NCBI GenBank assembly: GCA_017984135.1
Contig: JAGNZZ010000010.1
Coordinates: 10,604-74,603 of the forward strand
Length of the DNA stretch: 64,000 nt
Direction: 5' to 3'
Source: Chitinophagales bacterium
GTDB taxonomy: Bacteria; Bacteroidota; Bacteroidia; Chitinophagales; JADIYW01
Shown here: in pieces, positions 17,689 through 28,257 of the stretch
How positions within the stretch are numbered: position 1 is the stretch's first letter
How the letters are laid out: each line of letters opens with the position of its first letter
Program-made: the position numbers and the translations under genes
Notes under the pieces: generated by a model
Told to the model about the DNA's origin: nothing
What the model saw: the letters and a program-made list of their open reading frames with translations, nothing else
Databases searched by the model: none

Positions 17689-18750
17689 TTACAGGTAATC
17701 TGCATCTTGACCCCAACGATATTCCATTAAAAAACCAACGGCATTTTTTACCGGTAACTCTTCAAATAAAACTTTATAAATGGTTTGTATAATGGGTGTT
17801 TTTACACCAGTTGTGTCTGCTAATTTTTTTGAAATACTAACCGTTTTGATGCCTTCGGCAACCTCAGTAGAAGTGGCAATAATTTGAGCTAATGTTTCGC
17901 CTTTTGCCAATCGAGCACCAACAGTATAATTTCTGCTTAATGGTGAAGTACATGTTGCTACCAAATCACCAATACCAGCTAATCCTAAAAACGCTTGACG
18001 GTTGGCACCCATGGCGGTTGCTAATCTGATTATTTCTCCCATGCCACGAGTAATTAGAAATGCCATAGCATTTTGCCCATATCCTAAGCCACCTAAAGCA
18101 CCAGCGGCTAATGCCATTGAATTTTTTAGTACACCCGCTAATTCTACTGCAAAAATATCAGGATTGCTATATATTTGTAAACGATTGCTACGCAACGCAG
18201 CATCACCTTCACGAATGACTTCTTCAAATTTACTTGCAATTACGGTAGCCGCAGGTTGGTTGTCGGCAATTTCGCGTGCTAAATTAGGTCCACTCATGCA
18301 GCCTACACGTTTAATACACGTTTCTTCAAGAATTACTTTGCTCATTGTGTAAATATCTTCCACATGTAAAACAACATCTTTATCTAAGATGGTTTTTCCA
18401 GGTTCTAATTTAATATCGAATCCTTTGGTGCAATGTATCATCATGTGATCCGGTCGAAGATATGGCGCCATTGTTTTCATCACGTTTCTAAAAGCATCGG
18501 ATGAAACAGATGGAAACAACAAATAACATTTGTCTATGATTTCTTGTAAGTCGTTAGTTGCTCTAATATTAGGATGGATGGTTTGACCATTATTTTTTCG
18601 TTCTGTATTGATGATTTCAACAGCATCAACTCTTCTAGAATAAAATAGTACTTTACCATTTTCGGCTAATAGGTTAGCTACTGCAGTACCAAAACTGCCT
18701 GCTCCAATAACGGCAACCATATTGTCGTCAGATGAATTTGTGTAAGCCAT
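17689..18750 (-). CDS. gpsA: NAD(P)H-dependent glycerol-3-phosphate dehydrogenase
   Basis: Rossmann motif VAVIGAGSFGTA and GpsA core motifs (GPNLAREI, LKNSMALAAG). The ATG at 18720 is a plausible alternative start that removes the overlap with the upstream gene. Confidence 0.9.
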   Translation of the reverse strand: MAYTNSSDDNMVAVIGAGSFGTAVANLLAENGKVLFYSRRVDAVEIINTERKNNGQTIHPNIRATNDLQEIIDKCYLLFPSVSSDAFRNVMKTMAPYLRPDHMMIHCTKGFDIKLEPGKTILDKDVVLHVEDIYTMSKVILEETCIKRVGCMSGPNLAREIADNQPAATVIASKFEEVIREGDAALRSNRLQIYSNPDIFAVELAGVLKNSMALAAGALGGLGYGQNAMAFLITRGMGEIIRLATAMGANRQAFLGLAGIGDLVATCTSPLSRNYTVGARLAKGETLAQIIATSTEVAEGIKTVSISKKLADTTGVKTPIIQTIYKVLFEELPVKNAVGFLMEYRWGQDADYL

Positions 18751-20434
18751 AACCTAATAATCTATTGTGATAGTAATACAGTAATTTTAAATCTTCACTC
18801 GTAATATTGCCTTCTTTGCTACGCATGATAGGCAAATTAGTATGATAAATACATACATTGTAAATGCCAAGTTCAATAATTTCGGGTAATTCTTTGGTCG
18901 TGATATTGGGAGATAATTTTATTTGCTCCCGATTATTCAACATATACAATTCATCTATGACACGTTTTACAGAAGTCTTAAATTCATCCCAATTTATTTC
19001 TCTATCTTCTTCTGATGTACGCATTAGTGTAAACAAATCAGGATTGTTGAGTTTCTTTTTCAATAATTCAAATGCTACAAATGTTACTACATGTGAGGCA
19101 TATACTACATTGTTTTTAAAGAAACCTTCTACAATTTTTTCTCCCAACATTTGCGTATAGATCATTTCGCGTTGGTCATCTGCTTTTAGTTTTCCTTTAT
19201 TTACAAAATAATTTCGGATATTCAGTTTATTCCCAAATTTATCTAAGCTATTCCCATCGTCATCTAGTTTATTGCCAAATACATCCATTGGCTCACTTAG
19301 AGACAGTGTTAAGTCTGTTGATTTAGTAAAAGTTTCCCAAAAGAATTTCCAGATACCTTTTCCGGCAACTTGTGGCGTTTCGTGAACTAAATATTGTTCT
19401 TTTCCAGTTCTTTTTAATTGATCTGTAATTAAAGAGGAAGCTTCTAGGACGAAGTTATAGCTTATGGTTAATGGAACGACAAATATTTTAGGAGCTAAGT
19501 TAGTCGGATTTTTTTCAAAATGGATGCGTTGTGCTTCCATTACGGTGCCCAATAATCCTAGCTTTAAATCTGTTTCAATATTTCCTGCTCTTGAACGTGT
19601 TCCACCTGGGTAAAAAATAGTATGTGCACCAGCTAAAATATTAGTTTTTGAATAGGATTTTAAGGTTTCAATGTAAATTGGATTTTTCTTTCTTCTATCT
19701 AATTTATAGGCACCTAATTTGCCTGCAAAGAAACTAAATATTTTTGAGTTGAATAGATTTAAGCCTGCTCCGTATTGAAATGCAGGCATACCAATATAAT
19801 CCATACCAAATCCGATGATGGCGGAATCTAAATTACTAAAATGCGTGGGAACGAGAACAATAGTTCCTTTTAAGGATAGTTGACGTAGTTTTTCTACTGG
19901 TCCTGCTACTACTAATTTGTCTTTTAGTTCATCTTGTGGTTTAAAAATTCCACTTAATCCTCCAAAATAGGAATTAAATAATCGTGAGAAAAAGCGAACT
20001 AAAAGTTGGCGTGCAAACCAAAACATATTGGGATTGAAATGCGCTACAATTTCATTGGCATAACGTGACATGATATCTTGTAATAATTCTTGGTGAAGTA
20101 CTTTAGATTTATCTTCATCAATTTTATTAGGATCGGCTTCTAGTAATCTTTTTTTTACTTTCTTCCAAAATTCGCCTTCATCTTCTGGGTCCACTTCCCA
20201 AGATTCTGAGCGAATTCGAATGTTTTCTAGATACAATGTTTTTTGCAATTGCTCACGCAGTTGATTTAAAGTAGGATAGGATTTATTAAATTCTAAAACC
20301 GATTCAGAGATGGTTTCTTGAAGTATTTTTTCCTTCTTTTGCGCTATCAAGTTGATAGGCCAATCTTTTATTCGTGGAATGACAGATTTTAACATATTAG
20401 TTTCGTGAACTAAGGTAAATATATGTTTTAACAT
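18728..20434 (-). CDS. Large glycerolipid acyltransferase (PlsB/PlsC-like, HX4D)
   Basis: Acyltransferase catalytic motif PTHFSNLDS and block III FYPGGTRSR. It lies immediately upstream of gpsA. Confidence 0.7.
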   Translation of the reverse strand: MLKHIFTLVHETNMLKSVIPRIKDWPINLIAQKKEKILQETISESVLEFNKSYPTLNQLREQLQKTLYLENIRIRSESWEVDPEDEGEFWKKVKKRLLEADPNKIDEDKSKVLHQELLQDIMSRYANEIVAHFNPNMFWFARQLLVRFFSRLFNSYFGGLSGIFKPQDELKDKLVVAGPVEKLRQLSLKGTIVLVPTHFSNLDSAIIGFGMDYIGMPAFQYGAGLNLFNSKIFSFFAGKLGAYKLDRRKKNPIYIETLKSYSKTNILAGAHTIFYPGGTRSRAGNIETDLKLGLLGTVMEAQRIHFEKNPTNLAPKIFVVPLTISYNFVLEASSLITDQLKRTGKEQYLVHETPQVAGKGIWKFFWETFTKSTDLTLSLSEPMDVFGNKLDDDGNSLDKFGNKLNIRNYFVNKGKLKADDQREMIYTQMLGEKIVEGFFKNNVVYASHVVTFVAFELLKKKLNNPDLFTLMRTSEEDREINWDEFKTSVKRVIDELYMLNNREQIKLSPNITTKELPEIIELGIYNVCIYHTNLPIMRSKEGNITSEDLKLLYYYHNRLLGYGLHKFI

Positions 20435-20509
20435 TTAAAAGTTTGCACGAAAAATATATGCGAATCTATACCTATGTTTAGGCTATGATTATTATTTTTT
20501 GCAAAAAGG

Positions 20510-20540
20510 CAAAAAAAAATCCCGACGATAAGTCGGGATT
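20510..20540 (-). terminator. Rho-independent terminator after rplT
   Basis: Stem atcccgac/gtcgggat (8 bp, 5-nt loop), followed by a 10-nt T-run on the minus strand. Confidence 0.75.
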
Positions 20541-20559
20541 TACGTTGATTAAGCGTGTA

Positions 20560-20904
20560 TTATTTTACTTGATTTACGATGGCTTCAAACGCTTTTGGGT
20601 CGTTTAATGCTAAATCAGCCAATGCTTTTCTGTTAATTTCGATACCTGCATTGTTTAATTTGTTCATAAATACTGAATAAGATAAGCCAAAAGGACGAAC
20701 GGCAGCGTTGATACGCACAATCCATAAACTTCTGAAATCTCTTTTCTTTAATTTTCTGCCTACGAAAGCGTATGTTAACCCTTTCTCTACGGCGTTTTTG
20801 GTTACTGTCCAAACGTTTTTACGGCGACCATAATAACCTTTGGCGAGTTTGTAGACCTTCTTTTTGCGGTCTTTTGCTGCTACTGAATTGACTGAACGTG
20901 GCAT
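20560..20904 (-). CDS. rplT: 50S ribosomal protein L20
   Basis: 114 aa with the typical L20 sequence ([20 protein letters not shown]...). Confidence 0.95.
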   Translation of the reverse strand: MPRSVNSVAAKDRKKKVYKLAKGYYGRRKNVWTVTKNAVEKGLTYAFVGRKLKKRDFRSLWIVRINAAVRPFGLSYSVFMNKLNNAGIEINRKALADLALNDPKAFEAIVNQVK

Positions 20905-20997
20905 GACTTTTATTTTTTAATGTTAGAAATATGACCATCGGCGATGCCTTGCCTTATGTCTGTTTTATTTGGATAAGTTATTTAAACTTATTGCGTT

Positions 20998-21195
20998 TTA
21001 GTTCATACATAATAATGACTTGATGTTTCCTTCGTCGCATTTGCGAACGATTGTCGTACCAGTCAAATTACGTTTTTGTTTGGTGGATTTTTTAGTTAAA
21101 ATGTGACGTTTATATGCTTGTCCACTTTTTATTTTACCACTTCCTGTTACTTTAAAACGCTTTTTTGCGCTGGAGTTTGTTTTCATTTTAGGCAT
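20998..21195 (-). CDS. rpmI: 50S ribosomal protein L35
   Basis: 65 aa, [23 protein letters not shown]..., typical of L35. Confidence 0.95.
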   Translation of the reverse strand: MPKMKTNSSAKKRFKVTGSGKIKSGQAYKRHILTKKSTKQKRNLTGTTIVRKCDEGNIKSLLCMN

Positions 21196-21236
21196 AAAAA
21201 TGCTATTTATTGGTTATTAAATTTGAAATTAAGTTG

Positions 21237-21244
21237 CAAATATA
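21237..21244 (-). promoter_or_regulatory. Candidate -7 box (TATATTTG) upstream of rpmI
   Basis: On the minus strand the motif reads cgTATATTTGcaac, 42 nt upstream of the rpmI ATG. Confidence 0.35.
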
Positions 21245-21259
21245 CGGATAATTACTAAA

Positions 21260-21283
21260 ATTTTACATTTTGTAATGTAAAAT
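21260..21283 (-). terminator. AT-rich perfect hairpin after the inserted ORF and upstream of rpmI
   Basis: attttacatt / aatgtaaaat form a 10-bp perfect stem with a 4-nt loop. A short TTTT follows on the minus strand. Confidence 0.35.
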
Positions 21284-21317
21284 CATGGTAAAATATACTA
21301 CTCACTAAATTGTTTTG

Positions 21318-21944
21318 CTAATTATTTTTTTCTCGAAGTTTGTTATTGTACTTTTTAATCGCTTTAATATAGCTTTTATGTGTTATCAATTTTTTCAGTT
21401 CTTCATCATCTCCAACTATTGGTAGTAAATTTTTTTCATTCAATGCGATTAATTCAGTATTTCCAGATTTAGAAAAATAGATTGAATATTCAGTTCCAGC
21501 AATGGGAACAACACTGTACAATGAAATACTGTCGTTTAATTGTTTAAATACCCAGCAAGAATCATTAGGTTCGCCTTTTGTTTTTAAATTTTTTTCGCCT
21601 AATGCTAGTATGTATCTTGTTTCGTCAGGATATATTTTTCTAATTATTGCCTTCTTTTCTTTAATCAATAAAGAATGTTTGTCATTCGATAAATCTATTT
21701 CTCCATATATTTTTAAAGTACTATCATTTTTTAACTTTACTAAATAATAGTCTTTTGTGATTAATGTAGTTGATTTATTTCCGGTATTCCAATAGGCAAT
21801 AGGCATGTGGTAGTAGGTTGGAATTGGAATATTTCCATAAGGTGTTGAAATGACCGTAGGAATTCCAGGTACAAACTGAGCATAAGCAACATGAGTACCT
21901 ACCCAAAAAAGAATGAAAAAGATAAGTTTATGAACGGATTTCAT
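21318..21944 (-). CDS. Hypothetical secreted protein inserted between infC and rpmI
   Basis: 208-aa ORF with a signal peptide (MKSVHKLIFFILFWVGTHVAYAQ). It starts 5 nt after the infC stop. I recognise no family. Confidence 0.6.
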   Translation of the reverse strand: MKSVHKLIFFILFWVGTHVAYAQFVPGIPTVISTPYGNIPIPTYYHMPIAYWNTGNKSTTLITKDYYLVKLKNDSTLKIYGEIDLSNDKHSLLIKEKKAIIRKIYPDETRYILALGEKNLKTKGEPNDSCWVFKQLNDSISLYSVVPIAGTEYSIYFSKSGNTELIALNEKNLLPIVGDDEELKKLITHKSYIKAIKKYNNKLREKNN

Positions 21945-21949
21945 TAAAA

Positions 21950-22498
21950 TTATCCTTTCTTTTTTGGTGCAATGTAAGCAATCATTTTTTTGCCTTCCAA
22001 GTTAGGCATTGCTTCTAAAGCTCCAAATTCTTTTAATGAATCAGCAAACTGAAGTAAAACTAATTCGCCTCTATCTTTAAATTGAATGGCACGACCTTTA
22101 AATTGTACATAAATTTTCACTTTTGAACCTTCTTGCAAAAACTTTTGAGCATGTTTTTGTTTGAAATCCAAATCGTGATCATCAGTGTTTGGTGTAAAGC
22201 GAATTTCTTTTACTTCCGTTTTTTTCTGTTTCGCTTTTATTTCTTTATCTTTCTTTTTCTTGTCGTACAAGAATTTATTATAGTCCACTAAGCGACAAAC
22301 CGGTGGAACGGCTTTGGGTGATATTTCTACTAAATCGACCTCTTGTTCTTTTGCTAATCGCAATGCTTCTTCGATAGTATAAACTCCAGGTTCAATTTCT
22401 TCACCCACTAATCGTACTTCTGGCACGCGAATGTCTCTGTTTAATCGATGTTCCGTTTCTTTTTTCTTCGGAACAAATACTTTTCTTCTAGGTATCAA
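21950..22498 (-). CDS. infC: Translation initiation factor IF-3
   Basis: IF-3 N and C domain motifs are present (IRVPEVRLVGEE..., EVKEIRFTPNTDDHDLDFK). There is no in-frame ATG near the 5' end. The start is TTG (22496-22498) or the adjacent ATA. Confidence 0.9.
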   Translation of the reverse strand: MIPRRKVFVPKKKETEHRLNRDIRVPEVRLVGEEIEPGVYTIEEALRLAKEQEVDLVEISPKAVPPVCRLVDYNKFLYDKKKKDKEIKAKQKKTEVKEIRFTPNTDDHDLDFKQKHAQKFLQEGSKVKIYVQFKGRAIQFKDRGELVLLQFADSLKEFGALEAMPNLEGKKMIAYIAPKKKG

Positions 22499-22582
22499 AT
22501 TGGTTTGTTTAATGTAATAATATAGTAATGAAATAATGTAGCAATGTTATTTTGTAATTCTATTATTTAATTACTTCATTGT

Positions 22583-24511
22583 TTAATTATTTAATTCTTC
22601 CTGCAATAATACGGCAAAGTCTTCAATAGTAAAAGTACCAATGTCACCTTTTCCGTGTTTTCTTACAGAAATTTGTTGATTTTCTACTTCTTTTTCGCCT
22701 ATTACAGTCATATAAGGTATTTTCATCATTTCCGCATCTCTAATTTTCTTGCCAATTTTTTCGGCACGTTCATCCATTTTTACTCTAAATCCTTTAGATT
22801 TTAATGTTGCAGCCACTTTTTCGGCATATTCTAAAAATTTATCGCTTATTGGTAATATAGAAATTTGTTTTGGCGATAACCATAGTGGGAAATTTCCAGC
22901 ATAATGTTCCAATAAAAATCCAATAAAACGTTCATGTGTACTTAGTGGCGCTCTGTGAATAATAATTGGAAATTCTTCTTGATTGTCTTTGTTGGTATAT
23001 TTTAAATTAAAACGTTTGCCTTGTGCAAAGTCAACTTGATTGGTTGCTAATGTAAATTCACGACCAATTACGGAGAATATTTGAATGTCAATTTTAGGAC
23101 CATAAAAAGCAGCTTCATCTTGAACTTCATCAAACGGAATTCCAGAATTAATTAATACATCACGCACCATTTTTTCGGTTTCTATCCATAGCTCTGGTTC
23201 ATTGATGTATTTTTGGCCAAGTTTAGATGGATCGTGTTTGCTTAATCGCATTTTGTATTTTTCTATTCCAAATATTTTGAAATATTTTAAATACATAGCA
23301 TTTACGGCTCTAAATTCTTCTTCAAATTGTTCTTTGGTGCAATAAATATGTGCATCATTCATTTGTAAAGAACGAACACGCATTAGTCCAAATAAACTTC
23401 CTGAATCTTCATATCGATAACAAGTTCCATATTCTGCTAATCGAATAGGTAAATCTTTGTATGATTTTGGAATGGCACCAAATATTTTATGATGATGTGG
23501 ACAGTTCATTGCTTTTAGATAATATTTCACATTATCTAGTTCCATTGGTGGAAACATGCTTTCAGCGTAATAGGGAAGATGCCCACTTCTTAAATACAAA
23601 GATTCTTTAGCAATATGTGGTGTTCGTACTCGAGAGTAACCAGCTTCTTCTTCTGATTTTTTGGCAAGTTCTTCAAGTTTTTCAATTATAAAACCTCCAT
23701 TTGGCAACCATAAAGGCAATCCAGGACCAACTTCTTCATCAAATGTATATATTTCTAATTGTTGCCCTAATTTTCTATGGTCACGTTTTTCTGCTTCTTC
23801 TAATAAGCGTAAATGCTCATCTAATTCTTGTTGATTAGGAAACGTAACACCATAAATACGTGTCAATTGTTTCCTTTTTTCATCACCTCGCCAATAAGCA
23901 CCAGCCACTTTCATTAGTTTAATGGCTTTGATATGGTTCGTATTTGGGATATGTGGCCCACGACATAAATCGGTAAAATTACCTTGTGTATAAAACGTAA
24001 TATCACCATCATTTAAGCCTTCCAATAATTCCAGTTTATATTCATCTCCTTTTTCTTTGAAATAAGTGATGGCATCGTTTTTTGAAATTTCTAGGCGTTT
24101 ATAGTCACTTTTTTGTGCAGCTAATTCTACCATTTTTTTTTCAATTTTAGGTAAATCAGCTAAAGTAATATTGTTTTCACCAGCATCAATATCGTAATAA
24201 AATCCATGATCGATTGGTGGTCCAATACCGAATTTTACACCTTTATATAAAGATTCTACCGCTTCGGCAAAAAGATGTGCTGAAGAGTGCCAAAACGTTG
24301 ATTTTCCGTTTTCATCGTTCCACGTTAATAGTTTTAATGTAACATCCGTATTTATAGGTCGTGTCGCATCTTGAACTTCGCCATTTATTTCGGCTGCTAA
24401 TACTTTTTTAGGCAAGCTGTTGCTTAACTGCGCTGCAATTTCTAATGCAGTTATTCCTGCATTAAATTCTTTAATTGCTCCATCTGGAAATGTAATTTGG
24501 ATACTCATCAT
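22583..24511 (-). CDS. thrS: Threonine--tRNA ligase
   Basis: 642 aa with TGS, editing, class II core and anticodon domains (WHSSAHLFAEAV, motif-2-like FRVRSLQMNDAHIY...). Confidence 0.95.
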   Translation of the reverse strand: MMSIQITFPDGAIKEFNAGITALEIAAQLSNSLPKKVLAAEINGEVQDATRPINTDVTLKLLTWNDENGKSTFWHSSAHLFAEAVESLYKGVKFGIGPPIDHGFYYDIDAGENNITLADLPKIEKKMVELAAQKSDYKRLEISKNDAITYFKEKGDEYKLELLEGLNDGDITFYTQGNFTDLCRGPHIPNTNHIKAIKLMKVAGAYWRGDEKRKQLTRIYGVTFPNQQELDEHLRLLEEAEKRDHRKLGQQLEIYTFDEEVGPGLPLWLPNGGFIIEKLEELAKKSEEEAGYSRVRTPHIAKESLYLRSGHLPYYAESMFPPMELDNVKYYLKAMNCPHHHKIFGAIPKSYKDLPIRLAEYGTCYRYEDSGSLFGLMRVRSLQMNDAHIYCTKEQFEEEFRAVNAMYLKYFKIFGIEKYKMRLSKHDPSKLGQKYINEPELWIETEKMVRDVLINSGIPFDEVQDEAAFYGPKIDIQIFSVIGREFTLATNQVDFAQGKRFNLKYTNKDNQEEFPIIIHRAPLSTHERFIGFLLEHYAGNFPLWLSPKQISILPISDKFLEYAEKVAATLKSKGFRVKMDERAEKIGKKIRDAEMMKIPYMTVIGEKEVENQQISVRKHGKGDIGTFTIEDFAVLLQEELNN

Positions 24512-24654
24512 TTGAACACGAAAATAAGGAGTTTCTATTAAACCTACAATTTATGTTTTTGTTGTTTTTTATTTAATTTGTTCGATATTGTTTTTTTTAA
24601 AATTTAATATACATAATTATGTATATATATATATCAATATAATGAGCAGGAAAA

Positions 24655-25413
24655 TTATAGTGCTAATGAATCCAGAAACGTTATCCCTTTAAAATATTTA
24701 ATTATTTGAAATAGAGCAGTTAAAATTATAATAAATAATACGATGTATCTAAAGATAGTTTCTGAGGTGTGTTTTAAAATTAATTTACCTATATAACTTC
24801 CAACTATACTTATAAGAATTAAAAATGGAATTAGGAATAGATATTTTCTTTGAAAATAACCATTGCTCGTATATATAATAGCTCTACTTGCATCAACACC
24901 CAAATCTATCAACGCAGAAGTAGCAATAAAAATATCTTTTGTTAGTTGAAATGCCGCTAATGTTATTCCTCTAATAGCACCACCTGTACCAGCTACGCCT
25001 GCTAGAAAGCCAGATATAATTCCTCCTAAATATAAATTTTTGTCGGTTTGTCGGATTGGTTTATTGAAATTAATTAGAAGGTAAATCGCAAGAAAAATCA
25101 ACATAATATTCATGGATAATTCAATCTGTTGAGTAGGTAAATACGTGGTAAGATATGCTCCAAGAATTACAAATAGAATAGCTGGTATTCCAAGTTTAAT
25201 TGCAATCTCTTTATTTATTCCTTTTCTAAATAATGCTATTTTTGAAAGATTACTAAAAACATGAAATACAGCGGTTATACCTAAAACCGTTTTAAAGTCA
25301 AAAAACAAAGATGCGATAGGTACAAATAGAATAGAAGAACCAAATCCTGAAATTGTACCAAGGATTTCAGAAATGAATGCTAGAATAATAAAAAGAAAAT
25401 ATTTTTCGTTCAT
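24655..25413 (-). CDS. TauE/SafE-family sulfite/anion exporter membrane protein
   Basis: 252-aa polytopic membrane protein with an internal duplication pattern typical of TauE (GSSILFVP..., GTGGAIRG). Confidence 0.7.
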   Translation of the reverse strand: MNEKYFLFIILAFISEILGTISGFGSSILFVPIASLFFDFKTVLGITAVFHVFSNLSKIALFRKGINKEIAIKLGIPAILFVILGAYLTTYLPTQQIELSMNIMLIFLAIYLLINFNKPIRQTDKNLYLGGIISGFLAGVAGTGGAIRGITLAAFQLTKDIFIATSALIDLGVDASRAIIYTSNGYFQRKYLFLIPFLILISIVGSYIGKLILKHTSETIFRYIVLFIIILTALFQIIKYFKGITFLDSLAL

Positions 25414-25545
25414 AATTTATTTGAGCGGTAAATCTGATTTTAAGAAAAAGAAATCAGAATAGCTAAATTATAATAATTAGAAACATTTAGTGATTTTTTA
25501 GAAAATTAATTAATATTTATCCAGTTGTGCGGTATGAGAATCACT

Positions 25546-25727
25546 AAAAACGGGCAAAGATGTACAAAAATTGAATGAAATAGGATGGAAAGAAGCGCGG
25601 ATTGGCAATTCCGGAGTTTCGGAATCGTCAGCAAAGTGTAGCTATAAGCATGGAACGATATTTTTGATTAGTCTTTCCTGTCTGACGGCAAATAGATTTG
25701 GCTGCATTTTCGTGTTTGCCGCAGGCC
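25546..25727. ncRNA. Candidate structured RNA of unknown class (strand undetermined) in the intergenic region upstream of glpK
   Basis: This patch looks more GC-rich by eye than the AT-rich 610-bp intergenic region around it. It has nested complementary segments. aaacgg-gcaaa (25546-25556) pairs with tttgc(cgcagg)ccgttt (25711-25727). ggaaaga (25587) pairs with tctttcc (25672). A hairpin forms from attccg-gagttt-cggaat (25608-25625). There are also alternative pairings, cgtcag/ctgacg and ctgAcggcaaa/tttgccgcag. Confidence 0.2.
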
Positions 25728-25969
25728 GTTTGACTAAAAAAAGTGACAAAAGATTGATTTATTAATCAATTAATTATGAAAAATAAAAATTAAATTAAAC
25801 CACACAATGCGTGTATATTTATTTTTTTGTGATTTTTATAAAATAAAGCAGTAGTACTAATAGTAAGTACCTTTTTGAAATACAAACAGTCATTTTTTAC
25901 ATCGAGAAATAGTTTTTATTTAGAACTAAAATAATTTACATACATTTCTAAATATCTAAAAACAAATAA

Positions 25970-27517
<1,548 letters not shown>

Positions 27518-27585
27518 AACATTTAATCAACACTTAGATATTATTTTGATAAAATTAGATTGTTCAATAATCTCAAAAGTTGCCT

Positions 27586-27593
27586 TAATTTTG
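27586..27593 (+). promoter_or_regulatory. Candidate -7 box (TAATTTTG) for the first small lipoprotein gene
   Basis: TAnnTTTG match 23 nt upstream of the ATG at 27616. Confidence 0.4.
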
Positions 27594-27615
27594 TACCTAA
27601 TTAAACCAACGTAAA

Positions 27616-27810
27616 ATGAAAAAATTATTCGTATTATTCGCAGCTGCTACACTTTTCGTAGGTGTTCAAGCTTGCAAAAACCAAGCAACTGAAGAAGGTG
27701 CTACTGAAGAAACAACTGAAGTTACAACTGAAGTTCCTGCTGATTCAACTGCTACTGCTGTAGTTGATTCTGCTGCTACAACTGCTGTTGATACAGCTGT
27801 TGCAAAATAA
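27616..27810 (+). CDS. Small acidic Thr/Ala/Glu-rich lipoprotein (64 aa)
   Basis: Signal peptide with a lipobox (MKKLFVLFAAATLFVGVQAC). It has its own promoter-like box and a strong terminator. It is a paralog of the gene at 27942. Confidence 0.65.
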   Translation: MKKLFVLFAAATLFVGVQACKNQATEEGATEETTEVTTEVPADSTATAVVDSAATTAVDTAVAK

Positions 27811-27830
27811 TCGGTTGAAAACAGATTATA

Positions 27831-27859
27831 AAACCCCGAATTTTTCGGGGTTTTTTTTT
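27831..27859 (+). terminator. Rho-independent terminator
   Basis: ccccgaa-ttt-ttcgggg stem followed by a 9-nt T-run. Confidence 0.8.
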
Positions 27860-27912
27860 GCACTTTTGACAAATTTTAACAATCAGACATTTGGATATTT
27901 TGCCAAAAAAGC

Positions 27913-27920
27913 TATTTTTG
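27913..27920 (+). promoter_or_regulatory. Candidate -7 box (TATTTTTG) for the second small lipoprotein gene
   Basis: TAnnTTTG match 22 nt upstream of the ATG at 27942. Confidence 0.4.
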
Positions 27921-27941
27921 TTATAATTAAACCAATTTAAA

Positions 27942-28235
27942 ATGAAAAAATTATTTGTATTGTTCGCAGCGGCAACACTATTTATTGGTGTTCAAGCTTG
28001 CAAAAATCAGGCAACTGAAGAAGCAACTGAAGAAGTAACTGAAGCTACAGAAGCTGTAGGTGATGCAGTAACTGAAACAGCAGGTGCGGTAGCTGACTCA
28101 ACAGCTGCGGCTGCTACTGGTGCGGTAGATGCTGCTAAAGACGCAGCTACTGGTGCAGTAGATGCTGCTAAAGATGCTGCTGCTGGTGCAGTTAATAAAG
28201 CTGCAGATGCGGCTAAAGATGCTGTTAAGAAATAA
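27942..28235 (+). CDS. Small Ala-rich lipoprotein with 11-residue repeats (97 aa)
   Basis: Its signal peptide and lipobox are nearly identical to those of the 27616 gene (MKKLFVLFAAATLFIGVQACKNQATEE). The mature part contains GAVDAAKDAAT / GAVDAAKDAAA / GAVNKAADAAK. Confidence 0.65.
   Translation: MKKLFVLFAAATLFIGVQACKNQATEEATEEVTEATEAVGDAVTETAGAVADSTAAAATGAVDAAKDAATGAVDAAKDAAAGAVNKAADAAKDAVKK
28119..28217 (+). repeat. 33-bp tandem repeat x3 (third copy degenerate) inside the small lipoprotein gene
   Basis: The units are ggtgcggtagatgctgctaaagacgcagctact, ggtgcagtagatgctgctaaagatgctgctgct and ggtgcagttaataaagctgcagatgcggctaaa. Confidence 0.8.
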
Positions 28236-28257
28236 TATTTTTCAATAGCAAAGAAAA

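Noticed and set aside
18002-18352. 116-aa ORF antisense to gpsA
   Set aside because: This is an Ala/Pro-rich mirror frame of a conserved gene and a typical antisense artefact.
24620-24645. Short (TA)n run upstream of thrS
   Set aside because: It has only about 6-7 dinucleotide units in AT-rich intergenic DNA, which is too short to treat as a meaningful microsatellite or phase-variation tract.
24512-24654. T-box or other leader upstream of thrS
   Set aside because: I found no specifier-loop or T-box sequence (AGGGUGGNACCGCG-like). The region is simply AT-rich.
25520-25745. Could the GC-rich island be RNase P RNA, tmRNA or SRP RNA?
   Set aside because: The hallmark motifs are absent. These are GAGGAAAGUCCGG and ACAGAA for RNase P, the GGGGCUG 5' end and tRNA-like 3' end for tmRNA, and GGUCC-GNAR-GGAAGCAGC for SRP. 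I therefore left the class unknown.
25571-25765. 64-aa ORF in the glpK upstream region
   Set aside because: It has no ribosome-binding context, its composition is odd and Cys/Gly/Ser-rich, and it overlaps the helix-rich island. That region is better explained as non-coding (candidate RNA) than as a protein.
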